Shown one piece after another: positions 1 to 10,925 of a stretch of 59,223 bases of DNA. The stretch comes from Saprolegnia diclina VS20 (Eukaryota), in NCBI RefSeq assembly GCF_000281045.1, contig NW_008246075.1, positions 305,476 to 364,698 on the forward strand, given 5' to 3'. The number at the start of each line of letters is the position of its first letter. The stretch's first letter is position 1. Under the pieces are notes generated by a model that saw only the letters and a program-made list of their open reading frames with translations, was not told where the DNA came from and searched no databases. A program made the translations under genes and the position numbers.

Positions 1-286
1 TAAACAAAAGCACGAGCACAAAGGTCACGATGAGCGATGTCGGGTTCTTGGGCGAAAATGGCATGCACGTGAGGATGCTCAGCACGAGGAAGTAGACGTT
101 GGCGATGCGGCGGAATTGCTCAAAGAGGTTCTTGGGCAGAAACGTTAGTAGCGTGTACTTGGTCGTATGGATCGCGTTGGGCATGAAGCCGCGCCCTGCG
201 TTGAAGGCCGCGTCGTTGATGTGCACCATGCGGTTGCCTGCGCTTGGGTGTCGTGCCGACGCCTCTCGTATCACGTGCTCCTTCAT
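1..286 (-). CDS. P4-type (phospholipid-flipping) P-type ATPase, N-terminal part; gene runs off the left edge
   Basis: Minus-strand translation from ATG at 286: MKEHVIR...[11 protein letters not shown]...[47 protein letters not shown]. This contains the hallmark P4-ATPase N-terminal motif N.I.TTKY...[15 protein letters not shown]. Confidence 0.92.
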   Translation of the reverse strand, partial: MKEHVIREASARHPSAGNRMVHINDAAFNAGRGFMPNAIHTTKYTLLTFLPKNLFEQFRRIANVYFLVLSILTCMPFSPKNPTSLIVTFVLVLLF

Positions 287-371
287 GGTGCTCCACGCCG
301 GCGGCTTTGCGCGGGGGCGTTTTGCTGCTGCAGAAAGGCCAACACGGTGGCGATTCTATTTTTAGACGGGG

Positions 372-397
372 AAAGCGCACCTTTTTAGGTGCGCTTT
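372..397. promoter_or_regulatory. Perfect 11-bp inverted repeat (AAAGCGCACCT-TTTT-AGGTGCGCTTT) in the divergent promoter
   Basis: Read directly from sequence; lies between the divergent starts at 286(-) and 822(+). Function is inferred. Confidence 0.4.
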
Positions 398-781
398 TTG
401 TACCCACTGCATATTCCGTTGCCTCATGCACGAGCACTGATGCACGAGGCCTCATGGCAGGAGATTTCCGATGTGGCACGAGTGCTCAGCCAAACTCTCA
501 TACATTTTACGGTACTAGCACGGTACTAGCACTGCATAGTGGCAGGAGAGCGTGCGATATGATGCGCCGTGAGGACGATCCATGCAAGGGAAAATAGTGT
601 GATGATGAGTTTCCATCGTCGCAATGCCCCAGTCGTTGTTTAGCTCTTTGACAAGGCGAGTGCGTCACCGTTCGTCAACTGCCATGTAAGCTTAGCTCGG
701 CTCTGGCATGACGTGGAACCGTTACCACCAAAAGAGCACCTGTTTCTGATAAAAGGTGCGCCTCCTCGATGGCATCCGGAG

Positions 782-801
782 GCTCATTTCCGGCAGGATT
801 T
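782..801 (+). promoter_or_regulatory. Oomycete Inr-like core promoter (GCTCATTTCC...)
   Basis: GCTCATTTCC sits 40 bp upstream of the UBR7 ATG and resembles the oomycete GCYCATTYY initiator consensus. Confidence 0.45.
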
Positions 802-821
802 GCGGGAGTTTTTAAAGTGCG

Positions 822-2070
822 ATGGCGGAAACGGGCGGTGCAGCGGCGGACGAGGATGAGATGACGTACGAGACGTACGAAGAGGTTCGCCGCGAGCAAG
901 CGCTCGTGGACGACGAGGTCAACTTGCTCTTCGGCATGGCCGACGTCGACCACTGCTCGTATGAGCACGGCTACATGCGCCAATTCCTGCACGCGTGCCT
1001 CACCTGCGCGCCTGCTGGCACGGCCGCTGGCATTTGCCTTGTGCGCCCTACGTTCGCCTGCAGCTCGCTCACGGTTGGCATCGTAGGCGTGCAGCTTGAC
1101 GTGCCACGCCGACCACGAACTCGTCGAACTGTACACGAAGCGCCACTTTCGCTGCGACTGCGGCACGTCCAAGTTTCGTACGTCGTCGCTGTCGCAAACT
1201 CAGCTCTTATCGCGTCTCGTAGCAAACGTGCCGTGTACGCTGTACGAAGGCAAGGACAAAACCAACGGCGAGAACGCGTACGGCCAAAACTTTGGCGGTC
1301 TCTTCTGCTCGTGCCACCGCCCGCACCCGGATCCGGATTGGGAAGGCTCGGACGAGGTGTCAAAGCCAGATATGCTTCTATTGTGCTTATGCGACGACCA
1401 GACCATGATGCAATGCATCGTTTGCGAAGACTGGTACCACGAAGTACACCTTTTTGATGGTATGTCCCCGTGTATGCATGCCATACACAGCGCATGTAGA
1501 GGACGGAGGGGCGACCCAGGAACCTCCTGCGTCGTTTGACGAGCTCATTTGCCGCGACTGCATGGCAAAGCACGGCTTTTTGTACAAGTACATTGACGTG
1601 GCAGCGTCCGAGACCGCTATGACGCCGTGCCGACTGCCGACGACGACGCCAACGACGACGTCGGGCCCGACGTTTTGGCAGGACGGGTGGCGCCAACGAC
1701 TCTGTCGCTGCGAGGCTTGCGTGCGCCGCTACGAGGACGCCAAGGTTGCGTTTCTTCTCGACGAGAATGACCCGCTGTCCACGTACGAAGCCAACGCCAA
1801 AGCGGCGGGCGAAGACTTGATCACCGCGGGTAAAAAAGCCTTGGTGGCCAAGCTCAGCCACACGCAGCAGGTCCGTGTGCTTTGTGTTGTATAGCAGAAC
1901 TGAGGAATCGGATGGGATAGATCGAGATGGCGATGGGCGTTGCCCACATGACGTCGTCGCTCAAGGACTTCCTCAGCGACTTTGCACAGTCGGACCGGGC
2001 GGTCAAGGCCGAGGACATCCACGCGTTCTTCGAGACGCTGCAGCAAAACAAGCGGCAGAAGCGAGAGTGA
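822..2070 (+). CDS. UBR7: UBR7-like E3 ubiquitin ligase (UBR-box zinc finger + PHD-like finger), multi-exon
   Basis: Spliced translation DHCSYEHGYMRQ...ACLTC...GICL|ACSLTCHADHELVELYTKRHFRCDCG; FCSCHRPHPD; MMQCIVCEDWYH; ICRDC; WRQRLCRCEAC; C-terminal V...DIHAFFETL. Stop TGA at 2068-2070. Confidence 0.93.
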
Positions 2071-2393
2071 TGCTCTGTGAGGTACCACAACGACTCGGAC
2101 AGGGTGCTTATAATTGGCTCTGAAAAGCGAACTGGAGTTAAGAGGCAACGAAATGCAATTTCAGATGTTGTGCCAGACCGTACACGTCGCCTAGCAACAG
2201 TCGAGTTGCGCTCGACATAGCTGCTCGCGTCTAGTTAGCCCTAACCATAAATGAGATGGATACTAATATTGCAGTGCATTGAGATAATCAGTCGACATGA
2301 CTCTCGCTGGGGGTTTTGAATCGGTTTTGAACTAGAAAATGGCGTCGGCCGGCATCGCTGGTACTCTCGCGTCCTCGCTCGTTCCGACAGCAA

Positions 2394-4708
2394 ATGCTCG
2401 AAGTAGATCACATGCACATGATGGCTGAGCTGCAGCGGCTCAAAGCACAAGTCGTCGACGTCGCGACGGTCAACAAGAGCCTTCTAGAAACGACGCGGTC
2501 GATCGAGGCGGAGCTCTCGTCCTTCGCCACGCTTTCGCAGCTGGACGCTGGCCTGAGCCTCAAGGTACTACGACTTGATGCGTCTTTTGTTCATAGTTAC
2601 CTGTACACCAATCGTATTAGGCGTCGACAACCATGGTACCGACTCAGCTCGACGAGCTCAAGCAGTTTGTTCTCCAAGTATGTTCCATTTCCCAAGCCTT
2701 CCGGAATACCTTGGCTCGTTCGCTAGGTGCTCTCGTCCAAGACAGATCTCTCGCTTCTCGACGTCCTCTTGCCAAAGAAGCTCGACACGAGCGTCTTTGA
2801 AGTAGACTCTCCATCTATAGTCTGCTGCACTACAAAAGCTGAGTAGGCCTCCCAGCGACAGCACACGAAGGAGTACGCGCGCTTCGAAGACACGGTCCGA
2901 ACGCTCTTTACATCGTTCGTCGCCGACGTCCAAAGCCACGTTCAAGAGATTGCAACTGGCATCGCCGCGCACGAAGTCACGGTGGCCGGTCACGCACAGC
3001 GCGTCGAGGCGACCAAGGACCATCTCAGCACCCTTGACATTCGACTTCGGCGCCTTGAGGCTGTATGCGGCGTGGATCCCACCGCCGCCCGCATCAGTCC
3101 GAGCGCGACGCTACCTGCAATGGCCGCGGCCTGTGCGTCCTTGGAAGCAGCCCAAGCGACGCAGATAGCGCTGGTTTCTGACCTGCGCGAAGCACTCGGT
3201 ACGATACGCTGTTCGTTTCGCCGGCCTTTCCTCTCCTGATGCTTTGTAGAGACCACGCAAAGCCAAGTCGGCGCGCTTGAAGCGGTGGCGACAGGAACCA
3301 AGCGCGATATGTCTCGAAACATCGCCAACGAGATCGCGCGGCTGCAAGAAGCCGATGCCCATGTACAGCTTTGTGTCGACAGCAGATGGACAAAGTTGGG
3401 ACTAGGGTCTGCGTCAACTCGAGAAGAAGATTATAACGCTCGTCGAGTCTGTCGATGCGGTTCGTTATAATGTGTCTAGAGTAGCCACGAATGGCAACCG
3501 TGGGTTAGGTCAAGGAGCTCGCGCAGAGCGCCCAAAACGACGTGCACGCTTTCCAAAATGCAGCAGCCACGTCCGTCTTGGATACGTACGACCGGCGCGT
3601 CGCAGGCTCGGTAGGTGGACCAGCTACCATACCAATATCTTCCGCATCCTTGCAGATTGAAGCGCTGCATGCAGACAACCAAGGGCTGCGCGACGCATTC
3701 CACAAGCACCACACCGTACGCCCTTCTCTTCGAAAACGCTAGTGCCACCAGGTACATAGACGCTTGCGGCGCAGTCGAGGTCCATCGAAGACTCGGTGCG
3801 TGCGCACGACACGTCCTTGTGCAGCGTTGAGCACCAACTCCGGCAGCTCGCGGCCCACTGCCGCGCCATCGAGTACATGCTCTCGCTACATTTAAATGTA
3901 TTGTCACTGTACGCCTAGGCGAGAACTCGCTGCGCTCAAAGGCCCGTTTATCACCGAAGTGCGCAACCTCAAGCAGGAAAACTTTGTCATTCTCGACGAA
4001 ATCCGCCGCCAACAGGTGAGCTTTTGCCTCGGAAGAATGATACACGAGACGCCATAGGACATTTCGCGCGAGCTCGTCCTCGACTACAAGGACGCAGTCG
4101 GCGCCTCGGGTCCGACGCGCCCATCCACGCTGCCGCCGACGCATGTGCTGCCGACAACGAGCGCCAACAAGGCGCGGGCCAAGACATCGCGCCCACAAAC
4201 GTGCGGTCCACCCGTCAACTGCGCCAAGCGCTTTGGTGTTGTGCACTCGGCGCGCGAACCTCGCGAACGCGAACGCGCCCGCACGGCCGGGGCCAAGCCC
4301 AGCCCCCGCGTACGGCAGTCTTCGCAGTGGGTACATAGGATCCTTCATGTCAAAACTAGAGCGATGGGCCCATTGTACTGCCCCCGACAAGGACAAATCA
4401 AGCAACACAGTTCCTAGCGTCGATCGAGAACGTTGACATCGAGAAGCAACACGCGCATGCGGATGGCGACGAGGATGACGACGAAGACCCGGCGTTTGAG
4501 TTTGGCCGCACGAGCCCGCGCGAGAATGGGTTCCTAGTTCGCGATTTGCCGTACGTCTCTGCATGACGCTAGCGCAACCGATGATCGATGATGAGCCTAG
4601 GCACCGCGTCCCGAGGCGTCCGCAGAGCAGCCACGACTACTAGCTTGCGTCGTCGTTGGAGCAACACAATAGGCGAGAGCGTTCTCAGCGAGCTTCTTAC
4701 AATATAAT
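2394..4708 (+). CDS. Hypothetical coiled-coil protein, many short introns
   Basis: ATG at 2394 (MLEVDHMHMMAELQRLKAQV). Successive helical, coiled-coil-like exons bounded by gtac/gtat...tag introns (e.g. RELAALKGPFITEVRNLKQENFVILDEIRRQQ|DISRELVLDYK). The 3' end is approximate. Confidence 0.55.
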
Positions 4709-4741
4709 AATACGGACCTTTTCTCTACATCGTGCTGGTAT

Positions 4742-5131
4742 TTACAAGTCGTCGTCTTCGATCTCGGCGTTCTTGGCGCGAATCGGGACGTACGCCTCGA
4801 CCGACTTGCCTGCGGCGCGCTCGGCTTCCTTCTGCGAGTACTGCTCCTGCGCCACGTCCTTGAGCCGGCGCTTGTGCACCTTGGACTTGATGTGCACGGT
4901 GCGCGCGACCTCGTCCATAAAGTGGCGGCCGCACGGCGTGCAGTAGAACTGGCCGAGACCCGGGAGGTCCTCGTCGAGCTCAAAGGTCATGACCGTGCCG
5001 GTCGTTTCTTCCTTCTTCAGGTCGTCCTGGATCTGGTCAATGTCGCGGCTGCGGCTCTTGGTCGCATGGCCGCGCTTGTAGCCCTTCTTCTTGCAGTGGG
5101 CACGCTTCTTCCCGGTCGTCGGCCCCGCCAT
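4742..5131 (-). CDS. ZNF593: Zinc finger protein 593 / Bud20 (pre-60S ribosome factor)
   Basis: MAGPTTGKKR...RDIDQIQDDL...DEDLPGLGQFYCTPCGRHF...HIKSKVHKRRLK...YSQKEAERAAG; intronless. Confidence 0.93.
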   Translation of the reverse strand: MAGPTTGKKRAHCKKKGYKRGHATKSRSRDIDQIQDDLKKEETTGTVMTFELDEDLPGLGQFYCTPCGRHFMDEVARTVHIKSKVHKRRLKDVAQEQYSQKEAERAAGKSVEAYVPIRAKNAEIEDDDL

Positions 5132-6066
5132 GGTTGCAACTTCAACTGTGATACCAATGGCATCGCGACAGGTCATGCCACCTCTGTCCAGTCAAACAAA
5201 AACCTCTTCAACCGCATACACACGGCAAAAACGAAGTTCGAATCGAAGTATAAAGCATGACAGTATTGGGTGCTCCACGAAAACCTCTCACAACGCATGT
5301 GCTGGAAAGAGCACCAAGGAAGAGCCTGAACGTTCCAGACGAGCCCGTCGGGGATTGTGCTATCTAATGACACGCAACTCGTATCCTTGAAGCCAACGGC
5401 AGTGTAGGCGCGTCCGCCACGTACGCGCGAGATGGTCAACAAGAGGGCCAGTAAGTCATCTCGAGAAGCTATAACTCGGACGAATTGACGTCGTTCAAAT
5501 TTCGACAAGTTCTCTCTCCTGCCATAGACGTTCTTTTATGCATTCCCGTTCTCGATCCATACAACCATGGAGATAGACAGCGTTCATGGTCATGAGGCTT
5601 CGCCAAGCTTCATGTCGTGCGAGCGTACTCACCTTGTAGATACAACATCATCGGCTCTGCAGTGCGCTCGGTACATTGCACCCCGTCTTGTCCCATGGCC
5701 ACTGCTGTCGCTCGTCCTCGGCATATCTTTTGGCCGAGATTGCGTGCGACTAGTCGTCTTCGGGTCGCGCCGGGGCCATGCATTTTAAGAGGGTTTTGTC
5801 AACGTAAACGCTGGCCGTGCTGGCCAGTAATCAAAATATTCGATCCTCTTTTAATGCATCGATAACAATAAATACATGCTTCTTTTATTTGTCGTCCAAT
5901 GGCCTTGTCACAGGATGCATACAAACACCAAGGTCATTTCTGTTCCCGCTGGTTCGACATGAAAAAAAGGTTTTTCAAATAGAATAAAAAGTACGACGCA
6001 ATATAAAACAAAATTGATCGGGCTCCCGAGGTATCGTCGCCAGCGGTCACTTGGAATAATTTCGCC

Positions 6067-6645
6067 ATGGTGCTCAACCAGAAGACCGAGCACGTGTACC
6101 CGTACGCCTGGGACGTCGTCTCCCGCGCCTTCTGGAACAAGTACCCGAACGCCAAGCTCACGCACGTCGAGCGCATGGACGTCGTCTCGCGCTTCATCGA
6201 CGGCGAGGGCCGCCTCCACTCGGCGCGCCTGGCCAAGTGCTCCCAGAACAACATGCCGGGCTGGGCCGAGTCGATCGTCGGCAAGTACTCGTACGTCTAC
6301 GAAGAGACGATCTGCGACCCGGTCGCCAAGACGCTCCAGCTCAAGTCGACGAACCTGAGCTTCCGCAGCGTGGCCACGATCAACGAAGTGTGCCTCTACA
6401 CGCAGGCCAAGGGCCCGGACGGCACGTTGTCGCACACCAACTACACACAGGACGCGCAGGTGAGCGCGTTCGTGCCGTTCCTCTCGCAGAAGCTGGAGCG
6501 CCTCTCGGTGAGCCGCGGCGCCGAGACCGCCGCCAAGGGCCTCAGCGCCATGGAGGCCATCTGCAAGGAGATCTTTCAGGGCAGCTTTGCGCTCTGCGAG
6601 CCCGCCAAGTCGAGCTCGCTCCACGCCAAAATCAACCTCGAGTGA
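6067..6645 (+). CDS. PRELI/MSF1 (Ups/Slmo) mitochondrial lipid-transfer protein
   Basis: HVYPYAWDVVSRAFWNKYPN...HVERMDVVSR...GRLHSARL...STNLSF...EVCLY...TNYTQDA is the PRELI signature; intronless, 192 aa. Confidence 0.92.
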   Translation: MVLNQKTEHVYPYAWDVVSRAFWNKYPNAKLTHVERMDVVSRFIDGEGRLHSARLAKCSQNNMPGWAESIVGKYSYVYEETICDPVAKTLQLKSTNLSFRSVATINEVCLYTQAKGPDGTLSHTNYTQDAQVSAFVPFLSQKLERLSVSRGAETAAKGLSAMEAICKEIFQGSFALCEPAKSSSLHAKINLE

Positions 6646-6828
6646 ACCGACGTCGAAAAATGTATGGTGATGGCCGACGGCTGACGCTGCCGACGCGACG
6701 ATAGACGTAGAGGGTCGTGCGCGGTCAAAGCTTGGGCCTTGTATCTATTTAACCTTGTGCTTTGTTGCATGTTCTATTCGTCTTCATGTTGCGATTGCGA
6801 GCAAGGCCGATATATTTTAGAGCACCGC

Positions 6829-9385
6829 TTATGGCGGCGACAGGGTCTCACCGTCGATCGCTACGTCTGCGACATCAATCGTCGGAGTAATGTCTTCGAC
6901 CGACACGGCAGCTTCGTTCACCGTTGTCACGTCGTCGCCTCCCGCAGCCTCATCTTGGTCGTCAGTGCTTGGAGACTCTTCCTCGACGACGAGCTTTAGG
7001 TCGTCGACAGCGTCCGTTACCACGCCCAACGCATCGGCCTCTTCCATCGTTGTCGTCTCCTCGGCGGTGGTAGTCAACACCGCGTCCGAGGCGCCTCGGA
7101 GCTGGGTAAAGCACACGTGGATATCGACATGGGGGTCGTTTCCGAGGGCGCGGAGCGCGTCGGTCGGGATCGTCAAGTGCTCTAATCAACGGTAATCCGT
7201 CAAATATGGTCGCTTCTTCCTCGGTTGTCTGTACCTTGGAGCTCGACAAGGATACGCACGAGCGCAAGCCGGACGTTGAACACTGGGTCGCTAGCGAGCG
7301 CAAAGAAGGGCGCTGCGAGCGACGCTTCAAATAGAGGCGCGTGGCCGCCAAGGACAAACGCCCGACAGACGCGGATATAAATCTACGCGTGTAAGACAAA
7401 TGGCCAAAGAGGTGGAGGTACCTGGCGATGTATGTACACGGACGAGGCCTGGAGCGCTCGGACCTGGTCGGCAAGGGCCTCGGTCCACTCGGGGTTCTCG
7501 GCCAAACACGCAAAGAGAAGCGGAACCGCCTAGCCAGCATCCATTTTCGCAAATAGGTCGATGTGTCATCAACGTACGTGGAAGCTCGAGTCGCGTACGC
7601 ACGCAACGTCGTCCGTCACGAGCTGAAAGATGAGCGGCGCCACGATCGCAAACGTGTCGGCGGGCGGAAAGAGCGTGCAAATCGCGGGCAGTTGCTCGCT
7701 AATGAGGCCGCGGAAGCGCCACTTGAGCTTGAATTTCGAGTGCGCTTGAAAATCGTTGAATTCGGCGAGCACTGCGAGGTACTCGTGGCGCGCGGTCGGT
7801 GAAATGGCGGCCAAAAAGTCGGCAAAATGGGTGATCGAGCCCATCTTGACGTCGTCAATGTCCTGGAGAAACGTGTCAAAGGCGCTCGTGAGGTGCGCCT
7901 CGGTCATTTCCGGCCCCAAAATGCGCGCAATCTCGTGGAGCGAGTGTGCGAGCGTGCGCCGGACCTTCCAGAACCCGTCGACGGTCAGCGCCTCAAACGC
8001 GCGCGAAATGCGCGGCCAGCCGTCGCGTCCGAGCGTGAGCAGGACCGCCGGAAAGTTGTAGGCGCAGTGAAACTTCATGTCGGCTTCGGCGCCGCTGAGA
8101 AGAAGCGCGGTCGGACGCGTTGCCATGTCGGCGTACGACGTGGTGAGCGTCTCGGTGATCTCGTGCGGCGGCAGTGTCGAGAGGTACGGACCGAGCTACG
8201 TGATGACAATATGAACACTTTGTATCAAGGTATCAGGAGGAAAAATACTTGCTGATAGGCCGCGATACGAACCCACTTGGAGGCGTCGTGGGAGAAGGCC
8301 GTGAAGAGCGGTGTGAGCGCCGACGCCCGCTTCTCGGGTGCAAGCGTCTTGGACATATCGACGAGCGACTCGGCACACGCCTTCCGGACTCCCCAGATTT
8401 CGTCCTTGGCCAGCCGCGTGTACGCCGGCAAGAGGCGTTCTAACCGCCATACGCTCAGGATAGGTAAGAGAAGACGAAGGCCGTACCTTCCGTGACCTCC
8501 GGGCCCGCCGTCATGCACACGTTGGCAAAGTTGAGCACCATGGCCTTCCGGACGCGGAAAACCGGATCTTCGGAGAGCGAGATGAACTCGGGGACGCAGA
8601 ATTGGCAGCAGAGGTCGCGGCCGAGGAAGACGGCGAGCTTGTTGAGCAAGATGAGCTGCCACATAAATTTTCGATGAGATCGAGAGGAAGACAAGGAGGC
8701 GACGTACAGCGGTGATGCGCATCTGCTCGTCGTCGTCTTCATGCGCAAACGGCAGGACGAGCGTGAGCACGTGTTGGCCTTGGTCTTCCGACTTGATAAT
8801 TTCGGCGATCGTCACGAGGCTCTCGCATGCAATGTGCCGGACTTCGGCTTGGACGTCCGAAAGGAGCTTGCTCATGAGGGGCATCATGGTCTCGAGCACG
8901 ATCTTGTAGCCGTCGTCGCCGCCGGCCGAGACGAGAAACTACATGGAATCGCGTCAAGCATGACAGCACACGACGCGCGCAGACCTTGCACAGGCCTGGA
9001 AGCTGCCCCGCAACGTGTTGTCGTACGACAAACTCGACGTCGCTCACAAGCGGCTCGAGAAGCGGAATGATGCTGGTGCACGTCTTCTCGTAGCTACCGA
9101 CGTCATGAGCTTCGCCCATGCAGAGATGCCTCATCAGGTCAAGACGCGTACCCAGACGAGACTGCCGTCTCTTCGAGCATGCGCACGTGGATGACCCGCT
9201 GCAGCGCAATGTTGCTGTCGACATAGCGGATCACGCGGTCGAGGTCAGTGAGCGAGTCGTCGATCGCGAGGTCTTCGAAGGTCGGGCCGCCATCGCGGTC
9301 GTCATGGTACCCTCCCTACGTCCCATGCGCATGAGGCTACGCGCCCATGCCATGGCCGCAGCTGACGTACGTGCTCGGACATCAT
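6829..9385 (-). CDS. PPP4R1: Serine/threonine-protein phosphatase 4 regulatory subunit 1-like HEAT-repeat protein, multi-exon
   Basis: Spliced MMSEH|GGYHDD...FEDLAIDDSLTDLDRVIRYVDSNIALQR; HEAT motifs DPVFRVRKA, DEIWGVRKACAE, DASKWVR; MKFHCAYNFPAVLLTLG, WKVRRTLAHSLHEIA, KWRFR. Stop TAA at 6829-6831. Confidence 0.88.
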
Positions 9386-10925
9386 CCAGCGCTCCTCTAG
9401 TCGGTCGACTACGAGGAGGGGCAATTGAAATTGGAATTGACGCCCAGTTGCTTATCCGGATGGTCCCGACCAGCGTATCCGGATTACAACCAGAATCGAC
9501 GCCGGGCTGGCGTATCTTTGGCGCCAGCGTAGCGGCGCGACCCGCGCTGGCGCAGCTTCATCGCTCGACGGCTGTACCTGGGTAATACTGTCAGAGGTAC
9601 TGTAGAGTCACGAGGACTGTGAAGATCTTCCTTGGGGTGTGGCCTCAATGGCGCGCCCTCGTAACGGCCATCGGAAGCGCTGTGGGCGAATTGGTAACGC
9701 CGGCCGGTAACTTACGCGTTGCAGCGCATGAGGTGTTCTTGCTTGCATTACACGAGTGCTCTCGCAACAAAAATGGTGCGAGCTATGCTCTTGCAGCTCC
9801 AAGCACTGGATGTGGTCGGCCTGGACAGTGTTGGGTGGACGAGCCAAAGCCGATGTTGACACGCTAGGGCAACCGAGGACGCATTGGGTCTGACAGCTAA
9901 ATGACACTGCAGCACATATACCGGTACGACCATGGAGCCGCATCAGTATAGAGATGCTTGCATAATGATAGTTCAAGGTTCCTCCTTGTATGCTACGTGC
10001 ACCTGCGCCGACCGAATCAAGCCGATTGACAAGATTGAAGCTGAACCTCATAGATCAGAGGAGCATAGACGCAAGATTTACTTATCTTCGCAGACGAAGA
10101 GGTGCACAAGGCTCGTCACTTCATCGCAACTCCACGGCCCACCACGACACGGCCGACTTTGCCTGCGTCGACATGTCGTATTGGCGCGCGGCGAACGTTG
10201 TCGTCGTCAAGATGCTCGTCACAAGTGCGTCATCCGACGTTGCCGTTTCACACGCGTGTGAAAAATTGAAGCATGCATTTTTGTATGCTCTATTTCACAC
10301 ACACATCCAATACCACGTGCAAAACGTGTACGGCGTGAAATACAGCAGCATGCAAACTTCAAGACGATTGCCAGCGGCGACGTCTAGTGATACTAACCCG
10401 AGCCCTGTGAAAATATGGCCACCCTGGTTTGTCGTTCTCTTCCACTGAATAGCCGAGGGATCGATCACTCATATCGGAAAAGCCCCCGGTATTTCCCAGG
10501 ACGCTGGGGAATATCGGATTCTTTTTGATATTATTTTTATTGCTGCACACACAACCAAATAGAGCTCTTTTGATTCGTCTGGAATGGGTTGGTGGTGGTT
10601 ACTAGTCCGCTCTGGACGAAACTTATGCCGTATTGTATGCTTCTGGCAACGCCAATCGATCTGCCCAAGGTTGATCGTGAAACCCTACCCCTGCCACCGC
10701 TGTCAACTCGAATGGCCGTGGAGTAGTCGATGAATAGTCACTAGTTCGCATGTCAAACGCAAAGAGTGACGCACATTGCGTGTAGACGCTGCGCGTATAG
10801 ACTCTCTACGAGGGCGACGAGGACATGTCGTCCGCAGTCGGCGTGCACTGCGTTGTATCTTACCTGGTAGCAGTGGTGACGACGCTGAAAGAGTAAAAAC
10901 TCATGCATTACGAGTATGCAGCGGA

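Noticed and set aside
9600..10900. Short ORFs between PP4R1 and the DUF6604-like gene
   Set aside because: No motif or coherent exon chain found.
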